Assembly (NCBI GenBank): GCA_035567575.1
Contig: DATMPR010000378.1
Span: 1-43,037 of the forward strand
DNA length: 43,037 nt
Source: Bacteroidia bacterium
GTDB taxonomy: Bacteria; Bacteroidota; Bacteroidia; B-17B0; Aurantibacillaceae
Direction of reading: 5' to 3'
Positions within the stretch are counted from its first letter, which is position 1, and each line of letters opens with the position of its first letter. Below are positions 1-8,326 of the stretch, piece after piece. The notes beneath the pieces are model-generated. The model was not told the DNA's origin. It saw only the letters and a program-made list of their open reading frames with translations, and made no database searches. The position numbers and the translations under genes were made by a program.

Positions 1-1
1 A

Positions 2-283
2 AAAACACCGGCTGAGGACCGCGACAGGATCTCACTGGCGAAACAAAGACATCTTATCAATAATTTTAAATTAGCTACAGAATTAGGAGCGGAAGTTATT
101 CAGGCAAAGAATAAAAATATTGCGCAAGCTATTTTTGAAACTGCACTTCAATATAAAACAACAACTATCTGTATAGGGAAACCACACGTCAGCCTGCTTA
201 AATCCATTCTTAGCAATACAATAACTGATCAGTTGCTTATTAAACTGGGCGATTCAGATATTGATCTTATAATATTATCATGA
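2..283 (+). CDS. kdpD: 3' fragment (5'-truncated by the window edge) of a KdpD-type potassium sensor N-terminal/USP-domain protein
   Basis: Frame 2 is open from base 2 to TGA at 281-283. It is absent from the ORF track because there is no start codon in the window. The translation ...LATELGAEVIQAKNKNIAQAIFETALQYKTTTICIGKPHVSLL...DSDIDLIILS aligns by eye with the end of the USP domain of E. coli KdpD (LAQELGAET...LGRP...DLDQVLV). An ATGA overlap joins it to the downstream kinase. Confidence 0.6.
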   Translation, partial: KTPAEDRDRISLAKQRHLINNFKLATELGAEVIQAKNKNIAQAIFETALQYKTTTICIGKPHVSLLKSILSNTITDQLLIKLGDSDIDLIILS

Positions 284-1983
284 TGCAAATAAAAATAAAA
301 ACCAAATTAAGTTTAGGTCTTGGCTTCCTGTTTGTGGTCATTATTCTCATCGGAACTGTAGGCGCAACTTATATTCACACTATTGCTGAAGAATCGAAAA
401 AAATATTAAAAGATAATTATGAATCAGTAGAGTATTCGAAATTAATGCTGCAGGAATTAGATGGTATCAGCACCGATAGTTCTACAGTTTTTAAAAAAAT
501 TGAATCGAATTTAAAATTGCAGGAAAGTAACGTCACAGAAATCGGTGAAAAAGAATATACCGAAGAGGTCCGGACAGCATTTAATAATATCAGAAGAAAA
601 GGCCAAGATAGTATATCTGTATTAAAACTTAGAAACGCACTTTATAAAATAACAGACCTTAACATGCAGGCAATTTTAAGAAAGAACAACCAGGCTCAGG
701 CCACGGCCGACAAGGTGCTTGTGTATATTGGAATAATTGGAGGTATCTGCTTTCTTGTCGTATTTACATTTATTATAAATTTTCCGGGATATATTGCCAA
801 TCCGATAAAAGAATTAACTGAGAGCATCAAACAAATTTCAAATAAAAATTATAATCAGCGTTTACATTTCAGATCCAACGATGAATTCGGAGAATTGGCT
901 GAAGCTTTCAATACAATGGCTGAAAAACTGGAACATTACGAAAACAGCAATCTTGCCAAGATCATGTTTGAGAAAAAACGGATCGAAACCATTATTAATA
1001 ATATGAAAGATGCTATCATTGGTTTAAATGAAAAGAAACTGATCTTATTTGCAAACATGCAGGCTGTTCAGTTATTAAATCTAAAGGAAGATGAAATGAT
1101 AGGAAAATATGCGCCTGACGTTGCTTTAAGAAATGATCTTCTGCGTTTATTACTGAATAATGCTAACGCTTCAAAACCTTTAAAGATTATCAGCAGTAAT
1201 AAAGAATGTTATTTTACAAAAGAGAATATTTCAATTTCAACCGATGAAAAACCAATTGGTGAAGTGATCTTACTAAAAAACATAACTCAATTCAAAGAAC
1301 TTGATCTTGCTAAAACCAATTTTATAGCTACAGTCTCTCACGAATTTAAAACGCCGATCTCATCCATAAAAATGAGTTTGCAAATTTTAGAAGAAGAACA
1401 CGCCGGCAAAATTAATGAAGAACAAAAACATTTGTTAGATAGCATTAAAGATGATGCAAACAGACTGCTAAAAATAACTGGCGAATTACTTAACATGACT
1501 CAAGTAGAAAGCGGAAACATACAATTAAGCATGATCCCTACCGAGCCAAAGGAAATAATTCAATACGCCATAAATGCAAATAAAGTACTGGCCGATCAAA
1601 AAAAAATTAAACTGAATGTTCTTTGTCCTGAAGAAACTCCGAAAGTACTTGCAGACAGTGAAAAAACGACCTGGGTATTTACCAACCTTATTTCGAATGC
1701 TATTCGCTATTCGGATGATAATTCAGCTGTTCAAATCAACATTACTCTCAAGGAAGGACATGTGTCATTTTCTGTGAAGGATACTGGCCAAGGTATTCCG
1801 TCACAATACAAGGATAAAATATTTGACAGATATTTCCGTGTTCCGGGAACAAAAAAAGAAGGCACAGGACTTGGTCTTGCCATAAGTAAAGAATTTATAG
1901 AAGCGCAAGGTGGGAAAATCGAACTGGAAACAAATTTAGGATCGGGCAGTGAATTTATTGTAACATTAAATAAGGCCGGCTAG
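280..1983 (+). CDS. Sensor histidine kinase (TM-HAMP-PAS-HisKA-HATPase), probably the kinase half of a split KdpD
   Basis: 567-aa ORF with two TM segments and a HAMP-like linker (PIKELTESIKQIS...EFGELAEAFNTMAEKL). It has a PAS-like segment, the H-box FIATVSHEFKTPISSI, and ATP-lid motifs DTGQGIP and GTGLGLAISKEF. Confidence 0.85.
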   Translation: MMQIKIKTKLSLGLGFLFVVIILIGTVGATYIHTIAEESKKILKDNYESVEYSKLMLQELDGISTDSSTVFKKIESNLKLQESNVTEIGEKEYTEEVRTAFNNIRRKGQDSISVLKLRNALYKITDLNMQAILRKNNQAQATADKVLVYIGIIGGICFLVVFTFIINFPGYIANPIKELTESIKQISNKNYNQRLHFRSNDEFGELAEAFNTMAEKLEHYENSNLAKIMFEKKRIETIINNMKDAIIGLNEKKLILFANMQAVQLLNLKEDEMIGKYAPDVALRNDLLRLLLNNANASKPLKIISSNKECYFTKENISISTDEKPIGEVILLKNITQFKELDLAKTNFIATVSHEFKTPISSIKMSLQILEEEHAGKINEEQKHLLDSIKDDANRLLKITGELLNMTQVESGNIQLSMIPTEPKEIIQYAINANKVLADQKKIKLNVLCPEETPKVLADSEKTTWVFTNLISNAIRYSDDNSAVQINITLKEGHVSFSVKDTGQGIPSQYKDKIFDRYFRVPGTKKEGTGLGLAISKEFIEAQGGKIELETNLGSGSEFIVTLNKAG

Positions 1984-2148
1984 AATTTAGATCCCCCGCC
2001 TCATGCTAATAAAAAACCGTGCTGCATTTGTTTATTAAAGGTGTATTCGAAACGCGCGACAATATCACAAAAGTTTATAAAATCTAAGCGTAAACGTACA
2101 AAAGAATAAAGAGAAATCCAATAAAAGGGTAAATATGTAAAGATAAGG

Positions 2149-3228
2149 TCAAAAACTCTCTCCTAAAGTAAAATAAAATCCACTATTATATTTACTGTAG
2201 TAACCGTAATCGATACGGATGTTTAATTTATCTTTTTGCAAAACACTTAATCTCACACCGCCGCCAAAACTGTAACGGAATTCGTTATTTAATAATGGAT
2301 CTTTTGAACTATAAACATTTCCAATACCGCCAAAAGCAACCAAACTAAATCGCCAATAAATAGGTGCGCGGTATTCAGCTACGCAACTAGCCATGTTAGC
2401 ATCGCGCAATCGTCCCTGATAAAAACCACGTAAATTATCGGAACCTCCAAGCCGCGCTAAATTTTTCATCGGACTTTCACCGAATGTAGAATAATTATAA
2501 AACTGTATAGCAAGAATATGTTGTAAAAATAATTTTTGAAATAAGCGGAGATCAATTGTCCATTTGTAAAAATTATAATTGGAGCCAATTGCTTTATCGT
2601 AATCAGTGAAAATGGAATTTATATAAAAACCTTTTGTCGGCCAAAATGCTTTATTGCGGGTATCGTAACTTACACTAAAACCCGCGCCTGAAATTTGGTA
2701 GGGAGATTTTCCTAAAAAAGCAGTTGTATCAAAAATTCCGCCCGCATTATATTTTAATCTGAAAACATTTTGATAGTCGTAAAGCAGGCCGGCAAATAAT
2801 CCCCTAAATAATTTTTTCTTAATATGAAGTGAAGATGTAAATTGATCTGATACATAACGTTCGTGCCATTCGTCTTTTGTATTCGGACCAATACCCCAAA
2901 AATTTTCAGGGAAATAAGAATGACCGGCATCAAAATATAAAATATATTTTTCTTTTGGTAAATAGATAACTGCATCGACAGCTTGTATGTTCTGTCCGCG
3001 CTCGGTCCAAACCCCAAATACGGAGACAAAAGAAGTTCTTGTTAAAGAATCATTTTTATGAGTTGTTTTAAAAGTGGCTTGACCGGCAGCACCATAAGCC
3101 CAACCGGTTTCGGGCGTACGGAAAAGTGCAGGAAGAACTAAAAAATTTACATTACGTGCAGTATCTTGTTTAAATTGTGCAGAAAGCAAAGCGGAATAAA
3201 AAATAAATATGAAGAAAAATTTATGCAA
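2149..3228 (-). CDS. Outer-membrane beta-barrel protein, Omp85/BamA-family barrel without POTRA domains
   Basis: 359-aa ORF with signal peptide MHKFFFIFIFYSALLSAQ and an alternating hydrophobic beta-strand pattern rich in Y/G/F. The C-terminal YFTLGESF is an aromatic beta-signal. The start codon is TTG at 3228. Confidence 0.7.
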   Translation of the reverse strand: MHKFFFIFIFYSALLSAQFKQDTARNVNFLVLPALFRTPETGWAYGAAGQATFKTTHKNDSLTRTSFVSVFGVWTERGQNIQAVDAVIYLPKEKYILYFDAGHSYFPENFWGIGPNTKDEWHERYVSDQFTSSLHIKKKLFRGLFAGLLYDYQNVFRLKYNAGGIFDTTAFLGKSPYQISGAGFSVSYDTRNKAFWPTKGFYINSIFTDYDKAIGSNYNFYKWTIDLRLFQKLFLQHILAIQFYNYSTFGESPMKNLARLGGSDNLRGFYQGRLRDANMASCVAEYRAPIYWRFSLVAFGGIGNVYSSKDPLLNNEFRYSFGGGVRLSVLQKDKLNIRIDYGYYSKYNSGFYFTLGESF

Positions 3229-3235
3229 TGTATTT

Positions 3236-3286
3236 AAAATAAAAACGCCCCGTCGTTCGGCAAGCTCACGATGACAAGGGCGTTTT
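3236..3286 (-). terminator. Putative intrinsic terminator downstream of glyA
   Basis: The minus strand reads AAAACGCCC-(27 nt, partly self-paired)-GGGCGTTTTTATTTT. This is a GC-rich stem followed by a T-run, beginning 15 nt after the glyA stop. Confidence 0.5.
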
Positions 3287-3301
3287 GATTATTAGTAATT
3301 T

Positions 3302-4576
3302 TTAGTCTTTAAATAAAGGGCGTTTGCCCATCATGGTATTTACTTTCTTTTTGATCTTCTCTAATTCTTTTGGATTTGACTTATTCATTAAAGCTGCATC
3401 AATTAAATCAATCACTTTAATGCAATCTTTTTCTTTTAAGCCGCGTGTTGTTACAGCAGCGCTTCCAATACGAATGCCAGAAGTCACAAATGGTGATTTA
3501 TCATCAAAAGGAACCATATTTTTATTTACAGTAATATCTGCTTCACCTAAAGCTTTTTCTGCTTCTTTACCTGTAATGTTTTTATTGCGTAAATCAATTA
3601 ACATGCAATGGTTATCAGTTCCGCCTGAAATAATTTTATAACCTTTTGCAACTAAAGCTTTCGCCATGGTGGCTGCATTATTCACCATTTGCACGCAGTA
3701 TTTTAAATACGCATCGCTTAATGCTTCTTCATAAGCGATCGCTTTTGCGGCTATAACGTGCTCCAGGGGTCCGCCTTGTGTACCGGGGAAAACAGCTGCA
3801 TCTAAAATAGCGCTCATCATTTTTGGTTCACCTTTCAATGTTTTTTCTCCCCATGTATTTTCGAAATCTTTACCTATCATGATCATTCCTCCCCTTGGTC
3901 CGCGTAATGTTTTGTGTGTTGTTGTTGTTACAATATGACAATGCGGTAAAGGATCATTTAAAATTCCCTTTGCAATTAATCCTGAAGGATGTGAAATATC
4001 TGCCAATAATAAAGCACCAACTCCATCAGCAATTTTACGTAAGCGTTCATAATCCCAATCGCGTGAGTAAGCCGATGCGCCGCAAATAATTAATTTTGGT
4101 TTTTCCTGTTTTGCTGTGGCTTCAACAATGGCGTAATTAATTTTGCCTGTGCTTTCTTCAACACCATAAAATGTAGCACGGTATAATTTTCCTGAAAAAT
4201 TCACAGGTGAGCCGTGGGTTAAATGTCCGCCGTGCGAAAGATTAAAACCTAAAATGGTATCGCCCGGTTTTATACAGCCTAACATTACTGCTGCGTTTGC
4301 TTGTGCACCTGAGTGTGGCTGTACATTTACCCATGCCGCGCCAAATAATTTTTTCGCGCGATCGATCGCTAATTGCTCAATTTTATCTACTACTTCGCAG
4401 CCGCCATAATAACGTTTGCCCGGCAAGCCTTCAGCGTATTTATTAGTTAACACACTTCCCATGGCTTTCATAACCTGATCACTTACGTAATTTTCGCTGG
4501 CAATAAGTTCGAGTCCGCGTGTTTGGCGGTGTTGCTCTTCCTTAATTAATTTAAAAATGGTGTTGTCTTTTTGCAT
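3302..4576 (-). CDS. glyA: Serine hydroxymethyltransferase
   Basis: 424-aa ORF with canonical SHMT blocks: [27 protein letters not shown], and [14 protein letters not shown] containing the PLP lysine. Confidence 0.97.
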   Translation of the reverse strand: MQKDNTIFKLIKEEQHRQTRGLELIASENYVSDQVMKAMGSVLTNKYAEGLPGKRYYGGCEVVDKIEQLAIDRAKKLFGAAWVNVQPHSGAQANAAVMLGCIKPGDTILGFNLSHGGHLTHGSPVNFSGKLYRATFYGVEESTGKINYAIVEATAKQEKPKLIICGASAYSRDWDYERLRKIADGVGALLLADISHPSGLIAKGILNDPLPHCHIVTTTTHKTLRGPRGGMIMIGKDFENTWGEKTLKGEPKMMSAILDAAVFPGTQGGPLEHVIAAKAIAYEEALSDAYLKYCVQMVNNAATMAKALVAKGYKIISGGTDNHCMLIDLRNKNITGKEAEKALGEADITVNKNMVPFDDKSPFVTSGIRIGSAAVTTRGLKEKDCIKVIDLIDAALMNKSNPKELEKIKKKVNTMMGKRPLFKD

Positions 4577-4583
4577 ATAAAAT

Positions 4584-5051
4584 TTATTTTTTGTTCAATT
4601 TATTAGTGGCTAAAAAAAATAAAACCGGAAGCGGTGATTGTGCTATGCCCATTAACCATCGGCTAACAGAATATTCATCACTATCCAGATTTACCCTTAC
4701 AAAGTACGACCATAACATTAATACAGAGCTTAAAAGTAATAATACTAAATAAGAATACGTAAACCATTTCAATAAATTTTTATTAGCCTTAAAAACCTTC
4801 AGAGACCAATAAGATAAGCCAAAAAAGAGAATAAAGAATACCAGTGTAAAAACGTATTTTAAATAGTAGGCTGTTTTATAGGAAAGACCAAGAAAATAGT
4901 TAAAATTTTCGTTAACGGGCACCGTGGTATTGTGGTTATAAAGCAAGTACATTGCATTGTTGTAATTTCCGAAAAAATATTCGCGGTAATAACCTAAGAG
5001 GGCAAATAGGGCGCCAAAAAAAACAAATAATATGGATTTATTTTTTAGCAT
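4584..5051 (-). CDS. Exosortase F system-associated membrane protein
   Basis: 155-aa polytopic membrane ORF that overlaps the 3' end of the xrtF-like gene by 14 nt. Its size, position and C-terminal [12 protein letters not shown] segment fit the XrtF partner family as I remember it. Confidence 0.6.
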   Translation of the reverse strand: MLKNKSILFVFFGALFALLGYYREYFFGNYNNAMYLLYNHNTTVPVNENFNYFLGLSYKTAYYLKYVFTLVFFILFFGLSYWSLKVFKANKNLLKWFTYSYLVLLLLSSVLMLWSYFVRVNLDSDEYSVSRWLMGIAQSPLPVLFFLATNKLNKK

Positions 5052-5577
5052 CGTTTGATAAGGCAGAATATTTGTTTACCCAGATCATCCACAATAAAAA
5101 AATAAAACCATAGATAATAAATGTAAAAGTGTAGGTATGATTAAAATCAAGAACCTTTGGATTGTAAAAAGCAATTAACGCCAACGCAACAACTCTAAAA
5201 ATATTTAGAATATGAATTAATAATATCCCCAATGGTAAAAACCATATTTTCTTTTTTTGATGTCCGGGATAAGCAGCAATAAAAACGGCAAATAAACAAA
5301 ATAAAGTTATAGCGTTACAGCTTGATCCGATCCAAACACCATCAGAGCCATCAATACCAATTACCTGATAATCGGTATCGCTTAAAGTTTTAAAAGTATT
5401 GTAACCGAATAATTTTAAAATGGCATCCGATGAATTAATAATAAATGCAATAAACGTTTGATCGATGACTGTATACTTTTTTACACCGAATTGGTATATA
5501 AGATAAAGACCCAGATAACTTAGAGAGGAAAAAATTAAAAATTTAAGAAAGCGGTTTTGTTTAAGGGCAGTAAACAT
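5038..5577 (-). CDS. xrtF: Exosortase family protein XrtF
   Basis: 179-aa polytopic ORF with an exosortase-like Cys/Arg/His series (GSSCNAI ... LNIFRVVALA ... FNHTYTF). The small size and the paired downstream membrane protein are typical of Bacteroidota XrtF. Confidence 0.75.
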   Translation of the reverse strand: MFTALKQNRFLKFLIFSSLSYLGLYLIYQFGVKKYTVIDQTFIAFIINSSDAILKLFGYNTFKTLSDTDYQVIGIDGSDGVWIGSSCNAITLFCLFAVFIAAYPGHQKKKIWFLPLGILLIHILNIFRVVALALIAFYNPKVLDFNHTYTFTFIIYGFIFLLWMIWVNKYSALSNDAKK

Positions 5578-5606
5578 GGTATAAAGATAAAACCCCAGCA
5601 GTAGAA

Positions 5607-5828
5607 TTAAACGATAGTTGAATCTTTTTTCTTTTTATCGTAAAGTTTTTTTGCACCATAAGCAGCACCGGCAATAATTAGAGCGCTAATGCCTCCGTCA
5701 ATAGGGATACATGGTGGCGGCCAGCAAGGAGGACTAACTGATGGCGGAGGTGGTGGAGCAGCTGCAAAAGCAGTTTGACAATAAAGAACCACAAAAAACA
5801 GGACTAATATAAAGCCTAATCGTTTCAT
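5607..5828 (-). CDS. Small secreted Pro/Cys-rich protein with a PEP-CTERM-like C-terminal sorting tail (candidate XrtF substrate)
   Basis: The tracked ORF is 5607..5876, but a TATATTTG -7 box (5853..5846, minus strand) lies inside that extension, so Met17 (ATG at 5828) is preferred. The product is signal peptide MKRLGFILVLFFVVLYCQTAFA, then AAPPPPPSVSPPCWPPPCIPIDGG, then TM ISALIIAGAAYGA, then KKLYDKKKKD. Confidence 0.55.
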   Translation of the reverse strand: MKRLGFILVLFFVVLYCQTAFAAAPPPPPSVSPPCWPPPCIPIDGGISALIIAGAAYGAKKLYDKKKKDSTIV

Positions 5829-5845
5829 TTTTAATACAATAACTG

Positions 5846-5853
5846 CAAATATA
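5846..5853 (-). promoter_or_regulatory. Bacteroidota -7 promoter box (TATATTTG) for the small-protein/xrtF/glyA unit
   Basis: Plus-strand CAAATATA equals minus-strand TATATTTG, which matches the TAnnTTTG consensus. Its G lies 17 nt upstream of the ATG at 5828. Confidence 0.35.
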
Positions 5854-5900
5854 AAATAAAAATACCTGAACACCAAAACAATTTATCTTTTAAAATCAAC

Positions 5901-5908
5901 TATCTTTG
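5901..5908 (+). promoter_or_regulatory. Bacteroidota -7 promoter box (TATCTTTG) for the wzc-hisH-hisF unit
   Basis: TATCTTTG matches TAnnTTTG and sits 12 nt before the GTG start at 5921. No clear -33 TTTG was seen. Confidence 0.35.
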
Positions 5909-5920
5909 TAACTTCTACAC

Positions 5921-8320
5921 GTGGAAACCAAGAAACAAGCCATAATAACCGAAAAAGACCTTAATCTCTTATGGCGTGTAATAAAATCCAATTGGTATAT
6001 CCCCATTATTCTTGTGCCAATATTTTATGTTGCAGGTTCTTTTTGGGCTCACAAACAAGTAGATATCTCTCAGGCATCTACACAACTTTTACTGAATAAA
6101 AATGATGAATATTATGGTGGTAGTTTAGTAACTGATGCTAGCGCTTATTATATTGATAACTCAAATGAAATGAAAGTTATCGGTTCTTATGATTTAATGA
6201 AAGAAACCATATCGCGTTTAAAAGACAAACTTCAGGTATCCTATTATATTATTGGAAGGGTAAAAACTACGGAACAGTTTTCAGGCAATCCTTTCGAAAT
6301 CATTATTAATAATATTAATCCTGAATGGTATGAAGCAGTAGTTGATTTTAAAATTCTGGACTTTGATAAATATGAAATGTCGATGCATAGTGGTGATCAG
6401 ATCAAAACATTCAGAGGGGAATTTGATAAAGAACTAATTAATTTGGAATTTGATATTTTAGTAAAACGCTCAGGCATTTTTACAAAAGAAATAGTGCCTA
6501 GTATATCTGGATTAAACTATCAAATAATAATTCATTCTACAGATTGGCTAATTGGAACTTTTCAGGCTAGTATGAAGGTTGAAAATCCTGAATATACCAA
6601 TATTTTAAAAGTAAGCATGGACGATATTATTCCGGAAAGAGCCGTGCTGGTATTAGATACTTTAAACAGGGTGTATTCTGAAAACTCTTTAGTATCAAAA
6701 ATAGAACTGAACGAAAAAACCATTACTTATATTGATAAGCAATTACACGAAATTACGGATACTTTAAAGAATATTGAAGATACCATGCAGTGGTATAAGG
6801 AGAGTAAAAATATTTTAGATCTGAATTGGGAGAAAAACGATTATTTCGGAAAACTATCGGCGTATGATAACATGCGCTCTGGCTATAAACTACAGATAGA
6901 AACTTTAAATGATCTTGAAAAATACATCATTGAAGATAAGGATCCACAGTTTTTGCCTCCAAGTGTTTTCGTATCAGAAAAAGGAGGCTTTATGCCCTCT
7001 GCAGTTGATGAACTTTATAAAACGCAATTAACTTTAAATAGGACTTATGCCACGGCTAAAGAAAATTATCCGGGTATAAGTGATCTTAAACAAACTATTA
7101 AAAAATTAAAACAAGACCTTTTGGTTTATATTAGCAACTCCCGAAAGGCAATCTTTAAGGCTATTGAAAACGTAAACCAGGAGATAGCAGGTTATATTGG
7201 CAGTATAAAAACACTTCCGGGGAAGCAGCGTGAAGTTACCAATATTCAACGGAAAGTAAACATAAGCGAAAATTTATATAATTTTTTATTAGAAAGAAGA
7301 GCAAGTACCCGAATTGCGCGTGCCAGTATTATCCCTACCGTAAAAATAATTGAACAACCAAGAAATATTGGGTTAATAGATGAGTATAAGCCCAAAATAT
7401 TAAAGCAATTTATTACTGCAGGACTTTTAGTCTCAATAATGATAATAATAATAAGGGCCTTCTTTTTCTCGCGAATTAAAACTGTTAATCACCTTAAAGA
7501 ACTTACCGATCTGCCGGTTATTGGTGTTTTGCCTTCTATTAAAATGCATAGTGATAAGGGTATTGCCGTTGATGAGCAACCGAACTCTAAAATATCAGAA
7601 GCCTTCCGGAATTTACGGACCAATTTGCAATATGCGAACATTGATGCGCAATCACGCTCATTTTTGGTTACCTCTTATTCTCCCGGTGAAGGAAAAACAT
7701 TTACATCAATTAACCTTGCAACAATTTTAGCTAAAACCGGAAAAAAGGTAGTCTTACTTGAATTGGATTTACATAAGCCACGTGTTAGCAGGGTAATGGG
7801 TGTAATTCCAAAAATTGGTATTAGTACTTTTTTAGCGGGGCAAAATACAATTGAAGAAATAACCGAAAAGACAGTAATTGAAAATTTGTATTGTATTTAT
7901 GCAGGCCCTATTCCTCCTAATCCATCTGAATTAGTGCTTTCTGAAAAATTGAAAGACCTTATTATTTATACTAAAAATAATTTCGATTATGTAATTATTG
8001 ATACGCCTCCTGCAGGACTTTTATCTGATGCAATTTACTTAATGCAATTTGTGGATGCAGCTTTATTTGTATTGAATACAAAAGCGGCTACTAAAAAAGT
8101 GGTATCCTTCGTACAAAATCTGGTTGTAAACAATAATCTTAAAAACATGTTCTTGATTCTAAATGGTGTTAAGAGTATGTCAGGAAAATATTATTACAAA
8201 GGTTATGGTTATACTTATGGATACGGTTATGGATACGGATACGGTTACGGATATGGTAAAGGTTACGGTGGTGGATACGGAAGTAAAGGCAGCGGAAAAT
8301 CAGGCTATCTAAAAAAATAA
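5921..8320 (+). CDS. wzc: Polysaccharide co-polymerase / BY-tyrosine autokinase (Wzc/PCP-2a type)
   Basis: 799-aa ORF with a GTG start. It has an N-terminal TM, a long coiled periplasmic-type region and a second TM. The kinase motifs are Walker A SPGEGKTFTS, A' VVLLELDLHKP and B DYVIIDTPP, followed by a C-terminal Tyr-rich tail. Confidence 0.85.
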   Translation: METKKQAIITEKDLNLLWRVIKSNWYIPIILVPIFYVAGSFWAHKQVDISQASTQLLLNKNDEYYGGSLVTDASAYYIDNSNEMKVIGSYDLMKETISRLKDKLQVSYYIIGRVKTTEQFSGNPFEIIINNINPEWYEAVVDFKILDFDKYEMSMHSGDQIKTFRGEFDKELINLEFDILVKRSGIFTKEIVPSISGLNYQIIIHSTDWLIGTFQASMKVENPEYTNILKVSMDDIIPERAVLVLDTLNRVYSENSLVSKIELNEKTITYIDKQLHEITDTLKNIEDTMQWYKESKNILDLNWEKNDYFGKLSAYDNMRSGYKLQIETLNDLEKYIIEDKDPQFLPPSVFVSEKGGFMPSAVDELYKTQLTLNRTYATAKENYPGISDLKQTIKKLKQDLLVYISNSRKAIFKAIENVNQEIAGYIGSIKTLPGKQREVTNIQRKVNISENLYNFLLERRASTRIARASIIPTVKIIEQPRNIGLIDEYKPKILKQFITAGLLVSIMIIIIRAFFFSRIKTVNHLKELTDLPVIGVLPSIKMHSDKGIAVDEQPNSKISEAFRNLRTNLQYANIDAQSRSFLVTSYSPGEGKTFTSINLATILAKTGKKVVLLELDLHKPRVSRVMGVIPKIGISTFLAGQNTIEEITEKTVIENLYCIYAGPIPPNPSELVLSEKLKDLIIYTKNNFDYVIIDTPPAGLLSDAIYLMQFVDAALFVLNTKAATKKVVSFVQNLVVNNNLKNMFLILNGVKSMSGKYYYKGYGYTYGYGYGYGYGYGYGKGYGGGYGSKGSGKSGYLKK
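8189..8317 (+). repeat. Imperfect tandem GGN-TAY hexanucleotide repeat encoding the (GY)n tail of Wzc
   Basis: It encodes YYYKGYGYTYGYGYGYGYGYGYGKGYGGGYGSKGSGKSGYLKK. The codons alternate among ggt/gga and tat/tac. Confidence 0.8.
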
Positions 8321-8326
8321 ATCCAA

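Noticed and set aside
1984-2148. A possible bidirectional terminator between the convergent kinase and OMP genes.
   Set aside because: Only 3-4 bp self-complementary stretches are present, and there is no convincing GC-rich stem with a flanking T-run.
2754-3029. Short ORFs nested in or antisense to longer conserved CDSs. They include 2754..3029, 3324..3641, 3895..4089, 7521..7730, 9382..9579, 11045..11272, 14234..14419, 16241..16435, 16649..16849 and 17808..18089. Others are 18325..18525, 19292..19489, 20572..20796, 21578..21868, 22449..22634, 23608..23925, 24401..24607, 26294..26476, 27591..27785 and 32093..32817. The last group is 32847..33236, 34443..34640, 38629..38823, 39279..39464, 39770..39970, 40577..40813, 42189..42398 and 42521..42724.
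   Set aside because: All lie inside much longer ORFs with clear family motifs. Their translations are low-complexity, have no recognisable domains and show typical shadow-frame composition in AT-rich DNA.
5829-5876. The N-terminal extension (MVFRYFYFIFAVIVLK) of the 89-aa tracked ORF.
   Set aside because: A TATATTTG -7 box lies inside it, and Met17 begins a canonical signal peptide. The shorter 73-aa form is therefore preferred.
8189-8317. The GY-encoding hexamer repeat as a slipped-strand phase-variation switch.
   Set aside because: The unit is 6 nt, so slippage stays in frame. Synonymous codon alternation also breaks perfect repeats, so slippage would only change tail length and would not switch the gene off.
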